A stretch of DNA of 64,000 bases, taken from assembly GCF_009914755.1 (NCBI RefSeq), contig NC_060936.1; one strand, given 5' to 3'. The position numbers were made by a program, and so were the translations under genes. The notes beneath the pieces are model-generated. The model did no database searches and was not told where the DNA came from. It was given only the letters and a program-made list of their open reading frames with translations. This stretch comes from the human T2T-CHM13v2.0 reference genome, Homo sapiens. Below, in pieces: positions 44,504-58,382 of the stretch; the first letter of the stretch is position 1, and each line of letters begins with the position of its first letter.

Positions 44504-44769
44504 TGTGGACAAATATAGCTAGCAAGTGTATTTTGAGCAAAATACATATTTTATAATAAAATTTTATAAATAAACTTTGTAAAATCAATGGTATAAAATC
44601 AATATTTAAGATTATAGGCTATATGTTACTTAATTTCATTAAATAGAAAAAGAAATTCAGCCCTTCTGATGCCTAAACATATTGTAAGAAAGTGTACTAT
44701 GGCTGCCCTTTTTTCTGTCTCACGAAACAGAGGGCTGTTTCTACAAGGCCAAGTTTTGTATAAATGGAA

Positions 44770-45028
44770 TTTTTTTTTTTTTTTTTCAGATGGAGTCTTG
44801 CTCTGTCGCCTGGCTGGAGTGCGGTGGTGTGATCTTGGCTCACTGCAACCTCCGCCTCCTCCCGAGTAGCTGGGACTACAGGCACGCACCACCACAGCCA
44901 GCTAATTTTTGTATTTTTAGTAGAGACGGGGTTTCCCCATGTTGGCCAGGATGGTCTCAATCTCTTGACCTCGTGATCTGCCTGCCTCGGCCTCCCAAAA
45001 TGCTGGGATTACAAGCATGAGCCTGGCC
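44770..45028 (-). mobile_element. Alu with internal deletions (host of the candidate exon)
   Basis: Lacks the ...gggttcaagcgattctcctgcctca... segment. Confidence 0.92.
44790..45020 (+). CDS. SLC4A8: Candidate Alu-derived alternative terminal coding exon of SLC4A8 (MESCSVAWL...MLGLQA*)
   Basis: Long T tract plus CAG acceptor (AG 44788-44789), in phase with exon 16; 76 codons then TGA; AATAAA at 45149-45154. Confidence 0.6.
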   Translation: MESCSVAWLECGGVILAHCNLRLLPSSWDYRHAPPQPANFCIFSRDGVSPCWPGWSQSLDLVICLPRPPKMLGLQA

Positions 45029-46424
45029 AAGTGCTATTCTTTATTTCAGATTGAGAGTTGGGAAAAATTGGAGCAAATAATGGATTTCTTTCTTGCTTAA
45101 AATGTATTTATATGTATGTCTTATTATATACAAGGCAGATTTCCCTGGAATAAAAGTCTAGAATGTACTGCTTAATTTTACACATGTGTGCAGGCAATAT
45201 TATCTGTGAGTGAAAAGTGGAATAATACGTGGATTGGGTCAACTGATTATCAGCTTGTTAGGAGTCCTCTGTGTGAGACATGGTGGTATAATTGTGAAGT
45301 TCTCACTGTATGTGGATGTTCATGTGAAAGATAGTACTTTCTTCCCGTAAATATCTTTTGATTTCCATTTGTATGGAATCCCAATGAATGTATCTTTGGA
45401 AAACATAATGTGTCAAAATTTGTATTTTGTTCATTGATCTAAATGCCCGTGTAACTAATCAGAAATCCAATTTGGCTCAGATTGGGAATTTTCTTTTAAA
45501 GGAAAAAAATTTACAGAAAAGACTACTGGAAGAATCATGTTCAAATGACATTTCACATCAATGTTTCTTCAATATTTTGGAGTTGACTTGGTTGTTTTCT
45601 CCTACCTACAATAGAATGTGCCTGCTGTTTCTCTGTCGCTCACTTTGGGCTTGCAGGAAGTACAACGGGAATAGCCTGAGCTTCTTGCTCCCTGTATAAT
45701 TTATTCACTTTACCTGAACTGCCTTACCTGCAGTTCATAGTGAGAACACCTGGGCTTGTAACTTGCCTCCACTTTTAAGTGTGATAGGGCCAAGTTGCTT
45801 TACCTCTCTGGGCGTTTTTCTTTAAAACGAATGGGTTAAACTAGATGAGCTCAGAAGTCCCTTCCTGCCCTAACATTATCTTCTATTTTTATTTTCCTGT
45901 GGTTACTACTATTAGGGTCAGACATGTGAAATGTGAGGGACCATTTAGAGATTTAGATGTTATATTTTTGGATTATTACAGAGTATACACCCAAGTTTAG
46001 GACCTGTGTCATTTTTAGTGTCCCCACCCCGTTTCTATTTCTGTTCCATTTGTCTTTACTTTCTTTGTAATCATCTCATTTTTTTTCCACTCTTGAAACT
46101 CACAACTTTCCAGTCCATGAGCAACTTTGCTACCATCCCCCTCAAAAACAAATCTATTTAAAACACCCTCCTAGAAAAGCCTCTGAACCACCTTCAGCTA
46201 AATCTGTAACGTTTATAGAATATTTTAAAATCTTAATTCAGCTAGAGTTATGATCCCCAAACAAGTGCTGACGAAGCTATCACAGAAATGATGTCTTTTT
46301 CACCTTGTAGGTATCATTGTTGCTAAATCACATCAGTACAGGCCTTCTGTGGGGAGACAGCAGGGGGCAGGGGCAGGACTAGGGGATGGGAGTAGATAAA
46401 ACTGTGATTCTATCCTTTACTTTA

Positions 46425-46775
<351 letters not shown>

Positions 46776-46881
46776 AAAGTTCTCTACTCTTAAGTTGGTA
46801 TATAAGATGACCTGCACAGTGTCACAGAGATTTCCCACTCAGTAAATCACTCTGAAAGAGTTTGCATAAGATTCTGTAGAT

Positions 46882-47507
<626 letters not shown>

Positions 47508-48539
47508 TCTACACTTACATGGTTTGGGGTAGGCAGTGAAATACCATAGGTAGAAAAGGTAATTCAGTGAAGCATCCAAATAGACAGAAACAACACAAAT
47601 ATTTTTGCTGGAGTCAGGAGCACTATGTGGCACAGAACACCTCCCAGAAAGCAGAAAATTTTTCTGCCTGAAAACCAATGTATATGTAAGACCCCAAGTA
47701 AAAAACAAAAGCAAATGAGCCCCAAACTGTCTTCCCTCAGCTTTGCCTGGGAGCTGCTATCTTTGCACTTATTTTTCTAGCATCAGGATATTAGCCACAT
47801 GAGGGAGCCAAGCATATTTGTCTCATTTTAGGCATCATTCTTTTGTGGTTCCCCCCACCCCAGGTATTGTTGAGTCTGTCCAAAGCTGGGTGAGATACCA
47901 CACAAGTCTTGCTTCCCTCAGTGTGCTGCTTCTCTCGGCCTTGGTGGAGGCTGAGCCTGTTGCCGGTACCCACCAGCCCAGTAGGTTTTGATGCTGCCTC
48001 CTGAAAGAGATTGTATTTGTTTCGTTTTGCACTAGTCACAGTTGTTGTTTAAACTACATCAAATTTGGGGGGAGAATATTTGCCTGTGATGGAAAGAGAG
48101 ATAGATGAGTTATTGCTTCAAGTGTTTTAAAATAAAAGCTATTCTCACACACAAAAAAAAAAAAAGAAAGAAAAAGAAAAGAAAGGGAGCTCAAATCAGG
48201 AGGAAATGGTGGTTTTTCCTGTAAGTGAGGTTTCAGCCAGACACATTTTCTTTTTCTTTTTTTCTTTTTTCTTTTTTTTTTTAAGTCAGTAGTGGTTTAT
48301 TAAATGGTTGTATCACATCTGGAAAACATTATTCAAAACATTTATTCAGCGTACTTCCTGTTCATATTTTAGAAGATGTAAAGCAATGAAATTTGCTCTA
48401 AATAAATGGCATTTTTTTTGCCATTATTTGGCATCTTGCCAGGTTACTTTTTACATCCAAGTTCAAGTGATATTTTGTTCTCAAAATAAAATAATTTTCA
48501 AGGTTTGGAAGTATAATGCGAAAATTTTAACAGGGATTC

Positions 48540-48880
48540 TTTTTTTTTTAATTATACTTTAAGTTCTAGGGTACATGTGCACAATGTGCAGGTTTGTTAC
48601 ATATGTATACATGTGCCATGTTGGTGTGCTGCACCCATTACCTCATCATTTACATTAGGTATATCTCCTAATGTTATCCCTCCCTGCTCCCCCCACCCCA
48701 CAACAGGCCCCGGTGTGTGATGTTCCCCATCCTGTGTCCAAGTGTTCTCATTGTTCAGTTCCCACCTATGAGTGAGAACATGCGGTGTTTGGTTTTCTGT
48801 CCTTGTGATAGTTTGCTCAGAATGATGGTTTCCAGCTTCATTCATGTCCCTACAAAGGACATGAACTCATCCTTTTTTAT
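48540..48880 (-). mobile_element. L1PA 3' fragment
   Basis: attatactttaagttctagggtacatgtgcacaatgtgcagg... is the primate L1 3' end. Confidence 0.92.
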
Positions 48881-49589
48881 CAGCCAGGCACATTTTCAAT
48901 ACAGGGTACATAAATGGGAGGACTCAGTTAATTAGATATTTAGTGTACACCCATATATGACTAGAACACATTCTTAGACTTCAGTGAGCCTACATGGCAG
49001 TCACGGGAGGTACATATTAAGTAAGTTCTGGGTCTTTGTTTCCTGCTAGGACAAATAGTTAACAAGTGGCTGTTCTGTACTGACTACTTGCTCAGGCCTG
49101 GGTTAAGTGCTAGGGAGGTGCAACAGAAACTTAAAAGATAGTATCTGTCATCAGATAGGAAGGAAAAACACATGAAACAATCAGATGCTGTATGCAAAGT
49201 AGTAAACAGTTGGATGTCCCCTGGGATGTACGTGCCGTAGGAGTTCAGAGGAGAAAAGGGCCACTGGGCCCCAGGATGGTCAAGTGGGCTTCATGTTGGG
49301 GATGGGGAGGCAGTGGATACTCAGAGAATTTATATTGCATTCAGAGAAGAACTAACAAAACCATGGAGGAGGAACTGGAAACCTTGGGCTTCAAAGCAAA
49401 GTGAAGTCAGGCTAAGGTACCGGTGATATTACGTGTGGCTAAGATATGTTTTGCTCTCACTCTTTTGGAAGCTTAGATTAAGGCAGGCACGGGTCATTTG
49501 CCAGGTACTGTATTTTATTAAAGCCACACTATAAAGTGAGGCAGTCCTTTTATGATGGATCCTAAATTGGATGGGAATCTCCAACAAAA

Positions 49590-50250
49590 TAGAGATATGT
49601 GCCATGGAGGAAAATAAAGCAGTAAAGAAGTACAGGAAGTGCTGGGGTGGAGGGAGGTGGCCAATTTTAAGTGGTATCATCAGAGACGAGCTCAAAGAGA
49701 AGGTGATATTTGAGTTGAACCTAAAAGACGTGAGGGAGCTGCCCAAGAGGTTACCTGGAGGAAAGGCATGTTAGGTAGAGGCATGAACAAGTACAAATAC
49801 CCCGAGGTGGGAGTGAGCTTGGCATGTTTAAGGAAACAGCAACGCGGTCTGTGTGTTTGGAGCAGAGTGGGCAAGCAGGAGAGCAATAAGAGCTGGGGTG
49901 GGAGATGTGATGATGCCAATTGTGTGGCCCTCATAGGCCAAGAAGGCCTTTTGACCAGAAGCCATTTCAGGGTTTTGATAGAGGAGTGACATGACCCAAC
50001 TTATGTTTCAAATAATTACTCCAGTGACTGCATTTAAAAAACACTGCAGGGCAAAGGCAGAAGCAAGTTAGGAGGCTGCTACCATTACCTGAACAGGAGC
50101 TGGTGGTGACTTGGATCTGGGTGGGAGCAGTGGCGGTGGTAAGAAGTGATCAGACTCGGGATATGTTCTGAAGGGAGAGCCAATAGGACTTGCAAATAGA
50201 CTGGCTATTGGGTATGAGGGAGAAGTGGAGTTGATGCTGCTGCTGAGGTT
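49590..50250 (-). mobile_element. L2 remnant
   Basis: Typical L2 motifs (gttttgatagaggagtgacatgac, gaagcaagttaggaggct, ggatatgttctgaagg). Confidence 0.65.
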
Positions 50251-50585
50251 TTTGGCTAGCACTGAGGACCTTGGCTGATCCCAGAAAATCCAAGTTCTCA
50301 GAACTAGAGTCCCAACCTGGCCCTAAATGTCCCAAACAGAACTCTTCAGAGGATGGTCTGGGTTATGTTAGCATTTGTCAGAGGGTTCATTCTCCCTCAT
50401 CATATCCACACTTTATGAGCATCAGTTGGGCAATTAACATATTCCTGTTGTTTAAATTTGCTTGCATTAATTCAACTGTAAGATGAAAACATTCTTCTGA
50501 GGATTTTTAAGCCTTTTACAATACTAACCTCTTTTCTACTGTATTTAACCTGCCAAAACATGTGTCCACTTCTTTCTCATGCCAG

Positions 50586-50699
50586 GTACGCTCCATGGTG
50601 AGTGACTTTGCTGTTTTCCTCACTATCTTCACAATGGTGATTATTGATTTTTTGATTGGAGTCCCATCACCAAAGCTTCAAGTTCCCAGTGTGTTCAAG
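50586..50699 (+). CDS. SLC4A8: SLC4A8 exon 17 (VRSMVSDFAV...PSVFK)
   Basis: tgccag|GTACGC ... CAAG|gtaaac; 114 nt. Confidence 0.96.
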
Positions 50700-52942
50700 G
50701 TAAACAGATCTCAGAGTACTTGGTGCACTCATGTAATTTCATACATTCTGATGCCAAGTAAATTTCAAAGGCCTTTTCATATCCTAATCCTGAGTTTTAC
50801 AGTCCCCTAAATCTGAACCTTGCTCCTCATACCTTGTCATTTAGAAAAGCAAACTTCAGACTTGGTTGAATTCAAGACAGAAAAGCCAGAGAACAGAAAA
50901 ACCAAGGTTGTTTAATGAATGAAAAGTATTATTATTATTGTTATTAATACCACTTACTGTTCTTAATATGTTAATATTTAAACAATGGAATGTGCACATT
51001 TACATAAATATATTCAAGACACTGTGGAAACATGGGTCTCTGGAACAAGCCTCGTTAACAGCACTTTCATTGAGCATCAGCTGTATAAGGGCACTGGGAA
51101 GAATGAAAAAGGTAAAGGACTTGGCCTGAACCTTCAAGGATGGTGCCCCTTCCTTGAAGGGGGAGAATGGAACTGAGAGGAGCCTCATCAGGAGTCTAGG
51201 GCCCCTGCCGGAGTAATCATGACATCTCTTTCGAAATCATCTCAATCTGATTTCATTGTTTGTATAACTCTCTCTAATATATGATATTTTTCAAGAAACT
51301 ATACAAAAAGTCAAACAAATGATCAATACATGGGGACTCCAAATAGATTTCAGTTTGGGAGCACTGACTAAGTAGACAAAGAAGATAGAAAAGCTGAGCT
51401 CAGTTCTATAGAGCCCCATAGGGTGAGGGGAGAGAAAATCTGTGCGTACTCAGTGACTTAAGAAGAATTATGAAGGAGGAAAGTGGGAGAAGTTGGTGAG
51501 GAGAAGGCCGACAGGAATAAAGGCAGTCCCTGACTTGTAAATGCTCCCTTCAGTTGTCCCTTTCCTTTCTCTTTTTTCTCTCTACCCATGAAGTAGGCCT
51601 GTTGAAATACCTTCTTCCATATTGTCTGAAAATTTTTAATTTTGTTGAATTTGCTGAAATGCCACCAGTTGGAAGTTTATGGACTAACCAATCCCTCTTG
51701 TAAGTATAATACCTTCTAGAATATGGCATTCTTGCCTTTGTGTGAATGAGCACAATCAGCTTTCTCTCTAATACCTAGCTGAGATCAGTGCTGCAGGAGG
51801 AATGGATTTTGTCTAAAAATAGGTAATATGGGAACATTAAGTGGTCCTTGGAAAGGTTCCAAAGGGATAGGCCTAAGATAGTCAGAAGGCACTGAATTTC
51901 TGGGACATCTGTGAAGAACGCCTCTGGGAGGTAGGACAGGGGAGAAAGGGAAACGGGAGAATGTCAAAGAAAATGTTGCTCATGACAGGCTCCATTTTCA
52001 GGAGGCAGAGAAGAAGTTTTCTTCTTTTTGTCTCTCCCTATTGTATCACATGGCACTCAACTCCCAAGACCCAATCTGAAGGCTAGTACTATTACTAGGG
52101 GTATCACGTCATTAAGGGTTTATTTAATAAGTTTTTGTGTTGGTCTGAGAACTTAACTACCACTTAGAACATTGTTGTTAGGGAAACATAGATTCTGTAA
52201 ACTTTTAGAAGCTAACCCATTCATAATTTTGGACTTGGTGGTGTTATTAAAGAGTATTTGAATCCTAGAGTCATGACTAATAAGGAACCAAATCAAATAT
52301 AACAGTCTGTGCTTTGTTTCTTGAATTTGGGTCAACTCTGGTCCAGTTGGTATCCCTGGCCTTTTATCCTCTAGCACCACTTGCCAAAAAAGGGCGAACT
52401 TGTCTTCCTCAGAGTACACTGCAGGGGTGGGGTAAGGATCTAGGTGAGTTTAGATATGTTGTGAACACCCCAGTAAGATTTATAAACAGTTGTATTACAG
52501 GGGCATTGGAGAGGATCCTAGGTCAAACAAACCCCCAACTTTAGCCGTCTTAGGCTCCTTCTCAAGTCTCTGATGGCTGGACCCCTGTTTCACTATTGAT
52601 GGGAGAAGCCCCTTGGAGCAATCCAGTCCATTCAAAGCCCAAGAGATTCCATGCAGATGGCTCCACTTTGCCTTTATTTATGCTGTAGACACACATTATG
52701 TGGCTCTGGAGAGAAGTCGTAGGAGAATAGTCTAAGTTACTTATATTTGTCTTTAGAAGTCATTAAATTTTTTTGACAACAGATACAGTTGTTAATTATA
52801 TTTTACTTGGGTTAATGTTGAGATACACTTGTTTTCTCTCTACACAGAGGTTTGGAAAGTAAGTGGAAGGAAGTGCAAGATTAATGAATATTTCACAAGA
52901 AATTAATAATTGAAGATTGACTGTTTCAAAGGGGATTCGGAA

Positions 52943-53325
52943 CTATTACTGAGCAAAAGGGGCTTGCTGCCCAATGTGCTAGAAGCCAATACTATGATAC
53001 CAGGTTTTTGAGAGAAGAAAAGTTTTTTATTTCAAGTTTACTAACAAGGAGACAGGAATTCAGCTCAAATCTGTCTCCCTGCACTGGCTTTACTGCAATA
53101 ATTAGAAAATGTTTAGGGGGTGGATTCTGGGATAGTAGGTTATTGGTAGAAGGAAAGGGGAGGTCTGGAAAGTCCTCAGGCATTCATAGTTATCTCTTCA
53201 TGCTACCTCTGGGTCCCCTGTGCCAAGGGGGTTTCAGCAAGTTGTTTCTTTTCTTATCTACCATCCTGCAAACCCAAGAATTTCTGTTAGTCATTGGTGT
53301 CTTTAACTCTTTGGGAAATGGTTTC
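52943..53325 (-). mobile_element. ERV-type LTR remnant (family not assigned)
   Basis: ctagaagccaatactatgataccagg...aaggagacaggaattcagctcaaatctgtctccctg, an ERV1-LTR-like motif string. Confidence 0.55.
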
Positions 53326-53496
53326 AGAACAAGGTCATAGATTTCCTAAGGAGTTGCTGTATTTCATGCCTTTTTTTTTTTTTTTAAGAACCTCACTCAA
53401 GAATAAAAAGAAATATGGATATTGTGATCCAGTTTGATATGTTTTACCCCAATGACTATAACTTAAAATACAAAAATAATATATTTTCCCCCTTAG

Positions 53497-53658
53497 CCAA
53501 CAAGGGATGATCGCGGATGGATTATTAATCCCATTGGCCCCAATCCCTGGTGGACTGTGATAGCTGCAATTATCCCAGCTCTTCTCTGTACTATCTTGAT
53601 ATTCATGGATCAGCAGATCACAGCCGTCATTATTAACAGGAAGGAACATAAGCTCAAG
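53497..53658 (+). CDS. SLC4A8: SLC4A8 exon 18 (PTRDDRGW...[18 protein letters not shown])
   Basis: ccttag|CCAACA ... CAAG|gtaaaa; 162 nt. Confidence 0.96.
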
Positions 53659-54497
53659 GTAAAAAGAGGTTCTGACCTAGAAGGCTGCTGTGGCAACCTG
53701 TTACATTTTCGTAAAATTTTAGGGTAAGCACATCTAGACCAGAAATTGTAGAATCTCATAGAAGAGGTTCATAAGGGGTTTCCATTCTTTAATAACAAAG
53801 ATTTCTTTGGAGATTAGAGTGGAACATGGTTGTATGGTATGAAAGCAACGTGGACTCCATTACTCTCCTCTCACACCTGTGGGGAAGGTGATTGGGTAGA
53901 GTTCCTGGTGATCCCTATATAGCTATATGCTTTGGGTCAAGCAACTGTACAGCTTGTCTTCCTGAGGTTCAGGTGGGGGCCTGGGCCACTGTTTCCTAGA
54001 GGCAGGTATTCTCCCACTGGTGTCTGTTACTATAGTTTCTAGGCCGAAACTGGAACCCTAGGATCCTAGGGAAGTAACAGAGCAGGCAAGCAATATCCAA
54101 ATCTGTCAAGGATCTGGGGGTATGTGGTAGGAAGCCAATAAGGACACTTACCTCTAACTCCCATAGTTTCTACCATCTAGAATGGTCAAGATGTGGCAGG
54201 GTGTCTGGTTAATCTTCCAGAGAAGAATGGATCTTTGAATGTGTAAGACTCAGAGTCAGCTGGAGGCACTTGGAAAAATAATCAATATTGGCATATATAG
54301 GACAGGCTAAGATTCCCCTTTTTCTTCTTTGTTTCCTCCTAACCAGGAGGGGCTACAAGACTCCTCTTGGATCCCTGAACCCCTTCCTTCTTATCCATAC
54401 ACCCCTTCATGCTTTGGGCCTGAGACCCGTAGCTCACTGTTCTATGCCCTACTACAGCTAGCCTACTGATGGTGACAAAGACTCTGTTTCCCCACAG

Positions 54498-54749
54498 AAA
54501 GGCTGTGGCTACCACCTGGACCTACTGATGGTGGCCATCATGCTGGGTGTCTGCTCCATCATGGGCCTGCCCTGGTTTGTAGCTGCAACTGTCTTGTCCA
54601 TCACACATGTGAACAGCCTCAAGCTAGAATCTGAATGCTCTGCTCCTGGAGAACAGCCCAAGTTCCTGGGCATCCGAGAACAGAGAGTGACAGGCCTTAT
54701 GATCTTTGTGCTGATGGGCTGCTCAGTCTTCATGACGGCTATCTTAAAG
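54498..54749 (+). CDS. SLC4A8: SLC4A8 exon 19 (KGCGYHLDL...EQRVTG...AILK)
   Basis: ccacag|AAAGGC ... AAAG|gtaatc; 252 nt. Confidence 0.96.
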
Positions 54750-54759
54750 GTAATCATCC

Positions 54760-56533
54760 TTTCAGTCATTCAGCAAATATCAAGGGCCTGATTTGTGCCA
54801 GGAATCCTGCCAGGTGCTGGAAATACAGTGGTGCCAAATACTTACAAGTATAAATCCCTGCCCTGAAAGAGTTTATTCTAGAGGGATAAGACAGATAACA
54901 TGTAGTTAAGAAAATTAGTTAAGAAACAAACATGATAACTACAGAATGTGAATAGTGATATAAAGGAAATACACAGTGCTTTCTGGCACTATAGAGAACT
55001 GAGAGGGGTCTATTTTAGTAGGATGGTCAGAGAAGGCTTCTCTGAGGAGATGCTATTTAAGATGAGGTGGAGGCCAGGCGCGGTGGCTCACACCTGTAAT
55101 CCCAGCACTTTGGGAGGCTGAGGTGGGTGGATCATGAGGTTCGGAGATCGAGACCATCCTGGCTAACACAGTGAAACCTCGTCTCTACTAAAAATACAAA
55201 AACAAAATTAGCCGGGTGTGGTGGCAGGTGGCTGTAGTCCCAGCTACTCAGGCAGGAGGCTGAGGCGGGAGAATGGCGTGAACCCAGGAGGCGGAGCTTG
55301 CAGTGAGCCGAGATCATGCCACTGCACTCCAGCCAGGGCAACAGAGCGAGACTCCATCTCAAAAAAAAAAAAAAAAAAAAAGATGAGGTGGAGCCATGCC
55401 ATGGATGGTGGGACATGGCATGGAAGGAGGGGAGAAAAGCAGTCTAGTCAGGCCCTTAGGTGGGAAAGAGTGATATGTGTTCTACGAAATATCAGGGCCA
55501 TGTGGCTCATGGGCATTGAGTCAAGACAAGAGCACAGTGCAATGAGAAGGAAAGAGAGGCAGGGGCAGATCATGTAGGGCCTTGTCGACAGTGGGCAAGG
55601 TAACCTTTGAAGGGTTTTAACAGGAGAGGGACATGATCCAGCTAGTTTAAAAAGATCACTCTGGCTGAGGTCTAGGGAAGAATAGAAGCAGACAGACCAG
55701 TGAAGCTGTTGCAGGTGACAGATGATGGTGGCTTGGATAAGGAAGCTGGTAGCAGGGACAGATAAAAACGCATGGCTTCTGTATAGCTTGGAGGCAGACC
55801 CAAAGGTCTCAATTGTTGACTGGATGTGGAATGAGGTGAGGAAAATAGAAAAATCGAAGAAACCTGTTAGGTTTCTGACTTGACCATCTGGTGGAGTGTG
55901 ATGGCATTTATTAAGATGGAAAAGATTGTATGATTTTTGTGAGGGGTGGGGCTGTGATCAGATTTGGAGTGAGATGTCTGGGAGTCATCTAAGTGAAGAG
56001 GCTAGAGGAGGGTTCTGGACTAAAATATAAATTTGGGTATAAATTTGGGAGTCAACAGCACATAGGTGGTATTGAAAGCCGAGGGAATAGATGAGAGAAC
56101 TCAGGGAAAAGAGACGACGTAAAAGAGAAGTGGGACATAAGAGCAGAGTTAGAGGTTGGATAGAAGAAGAGGTAGCAACAGAGTCTCAGAAGGAGCTGCC
56201 AGAGAGGTGGGAGGAAAACTAGGGGGATGTGGTATTAGGGAAGCCAAGTAAGGAAAATGTTTCAAGAAAGAGGGATTGGGTAGACACGTCTTGGAAAATG
56301 AAGACTAAGCTAAGGCCATTGGATTTAGCAACATTGGAGGCCTCAGGTTATCTGACAAGAGCAGAGTCAGTGGATTGCATTAGTTTCTGCTGCCTGTGGG
56401 TGATTTAGAAGTAGAAGCAAAAGCAGAAGCTGACCATGATAAAAATCATTTTGTTCTGAAATGAAATGATTACATGTAAGTTAAATTACAGGCCTCCATG
56501 TCTGGCTCTTCCTCCACCCCTGTCTGGGGATGG

Positions 56534-56577
<44 letters not shown>

Positions 56578-56880
56578 CTCTTTAACAGAAATGATGCCTT
56601 TTAAATCTTCCACAATCTCAAAAATCTTCCAAATCCTTAGGGATTTAGTGCATTTTAACATGGAACTTTTTTACTGACCAGTGACTTGAGGCAGGAGTTG
56701 GGGGTATCTTATCAGAGAAGGAATTCAGTGGAACTATAGAGTAGAAATCCAATTATAGGTGGCTAAAGAGTGAATAGGAGATAAGGAAGTAAGGACTGCA
56801 GGCAAATCTTTCAAGAGGTTTTTCTGCGAAGCAAGATGGAAAAATGGCAGTGGCTAGTATGAGAAGTGGGGCTAAAAGAG
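54760..56880 (-). mobile_element. L2 remnant interrupted by an Alu and by the left arm of the inverted duplication
   Basis: tcattcagcaaatat...gtgccagg 3' end, plus gatcactctggctg and ccattggatttagcaac L2 motifs. Confidence 0.7.
55072..55381 (+). mobile_element. Alu (Y-type)
   Basis: TSD aagatgaggtggag. Confidence 0.93.
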
Positions 56881-58187
56881 AGGTTTTTTTTGTTTTGTTT
56901 TGTTTTTGGTACAGATAGAGGATACTTTGAACATTAAAAAAATGTTTTGTGGGTGGAAGGCCTGCATCTGGGAGATTGGGGTGAGAAGGAAACTTTACGG
57001 CTGTATTCCCAGGTGCCAGCCATTCTGGAGCACTGCCTTGTCTCCCTTGCCTCCTCTTCCCTTTTTTTTGGCAAATCTTCAACCACCCCAGCCTGTACCA
57101 CAAATGCCCTTCAAGGGTGAGAACTGAGAGGGATGGGAAGGATTTCTGAACCATCTTCCTGTCCCCTCACTTTCCACTCAACCTTACCACCCACCTCTCC
57201 TGACACCCCTTTCCCACCTCATGTTCCCTGTCCCCAGCCCAACTCCCACTCCCACCTGGTTGAGGCACCATCTGGAAGAGCCTAAACGTTGCTGCTTCTC
57301 CAAGATAGAACCATGAAGGCGCGGCAGTGGCCATCCCTGGGCTTTCCCCTAGCTGCTTCAGGACAATTCTCTTAGGACAACTATTCAGTAGTTCACAAAC
57401 AACATCGAATTGGAATGTCTAATCACTCTACAGCTGGAACATAAAATCCAATGGGGGATTTTCTAATTTTTTGTTTTTTAAAATTTTACTTTAAGTTCTG
57501 GGATACATGTGCAAAACGTGCAGGTTTGTTACCTAGGTATACATGTGCCATGGTGGTTTGCTGCACCTGTCAACCGATCATCTAGGTTTTAAGCCCCACA
57601 TGCATTAGGTATTTGTCCTAATGCTCTCCCTCCCCTTGCCCCCCACCCCCCAACAGGCCCTGGTGTGTGATGTTCCCCTCTCTGTGTCCATGTGTTCTCA
57701 TTGTTCAGCTCCCACTTATGAGTGAGAACATGCAGTGTTTGGTTTTCTGTTCATGTGTTAGTTTGGAGGGATTTTCTAATTCCACAAATTAGATTTGAGA
57801 ATATTTATATAGTCCCAAAAAAACTAAATTATAGTCCAATTTAGTTTTCAGCTCTGAGACTTTCCTTGCCTTGATTCTATAGGCCCAATTTCCCTACCTC
57901 AGAGTCAATCTGAAGATTACCTAGGTTGATAGACATGACGTGATCAGAAAGTCATGTTCAAATACTGTGTGGATGTTCAAGTGCAGTATAATAATGTCGG
58001 TGTTTCCCCCCAGACCATTACCTCTTTGATAAGATACGTCCCCACTCTTGCCCTCAAGCCACTGGTCAGTAAAAAAGGAAGCTTTTTTGGTTCACGTTAA
58101 AATACATCAAATCCCTGAGGAGATGATTGTGAGATTACAGAAGATTTAAAAGGCATTATTTCTATAAGAGAGGGGTGCGTTTGTGTG

Positions 58188-58218
<31 letters not shown>

Positions 58219-58382
58219 ATGTGTGCCCATCCCCATGGAGGAGGAAGAGCCAGATGGGTGAGATGGGAAGTCTAACTTACATGTAATCATTTCATTTCAG
58301 AACCAAATGATTTTTATCATTGTCAGCTTCTGCTTTTGCTTCTACTCCTAAGTCACCCACAGGCAGCAGAAACTAATGCAAT
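56374..58382. repeat. Inverted duplication with arms at 56374-~56724 and ~58017-58382 and a ~1.3 kb spacer
   Basis: Arms align by eye as reverse complements. The outer ~110 nt differ at 4 positions. The (CA)n tract in the left arm matches the (TG)n tract in the right arm. Confidence 0.95.
57469..57765 (-). mobile_element. L1PA 3' fragment within the spacer of the inverted repeat
   Basis: Primate L1 3' end; TSD GGGATTTTCTAATT at 57455-57468 and 57768-57781. Confidence 0.92.
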
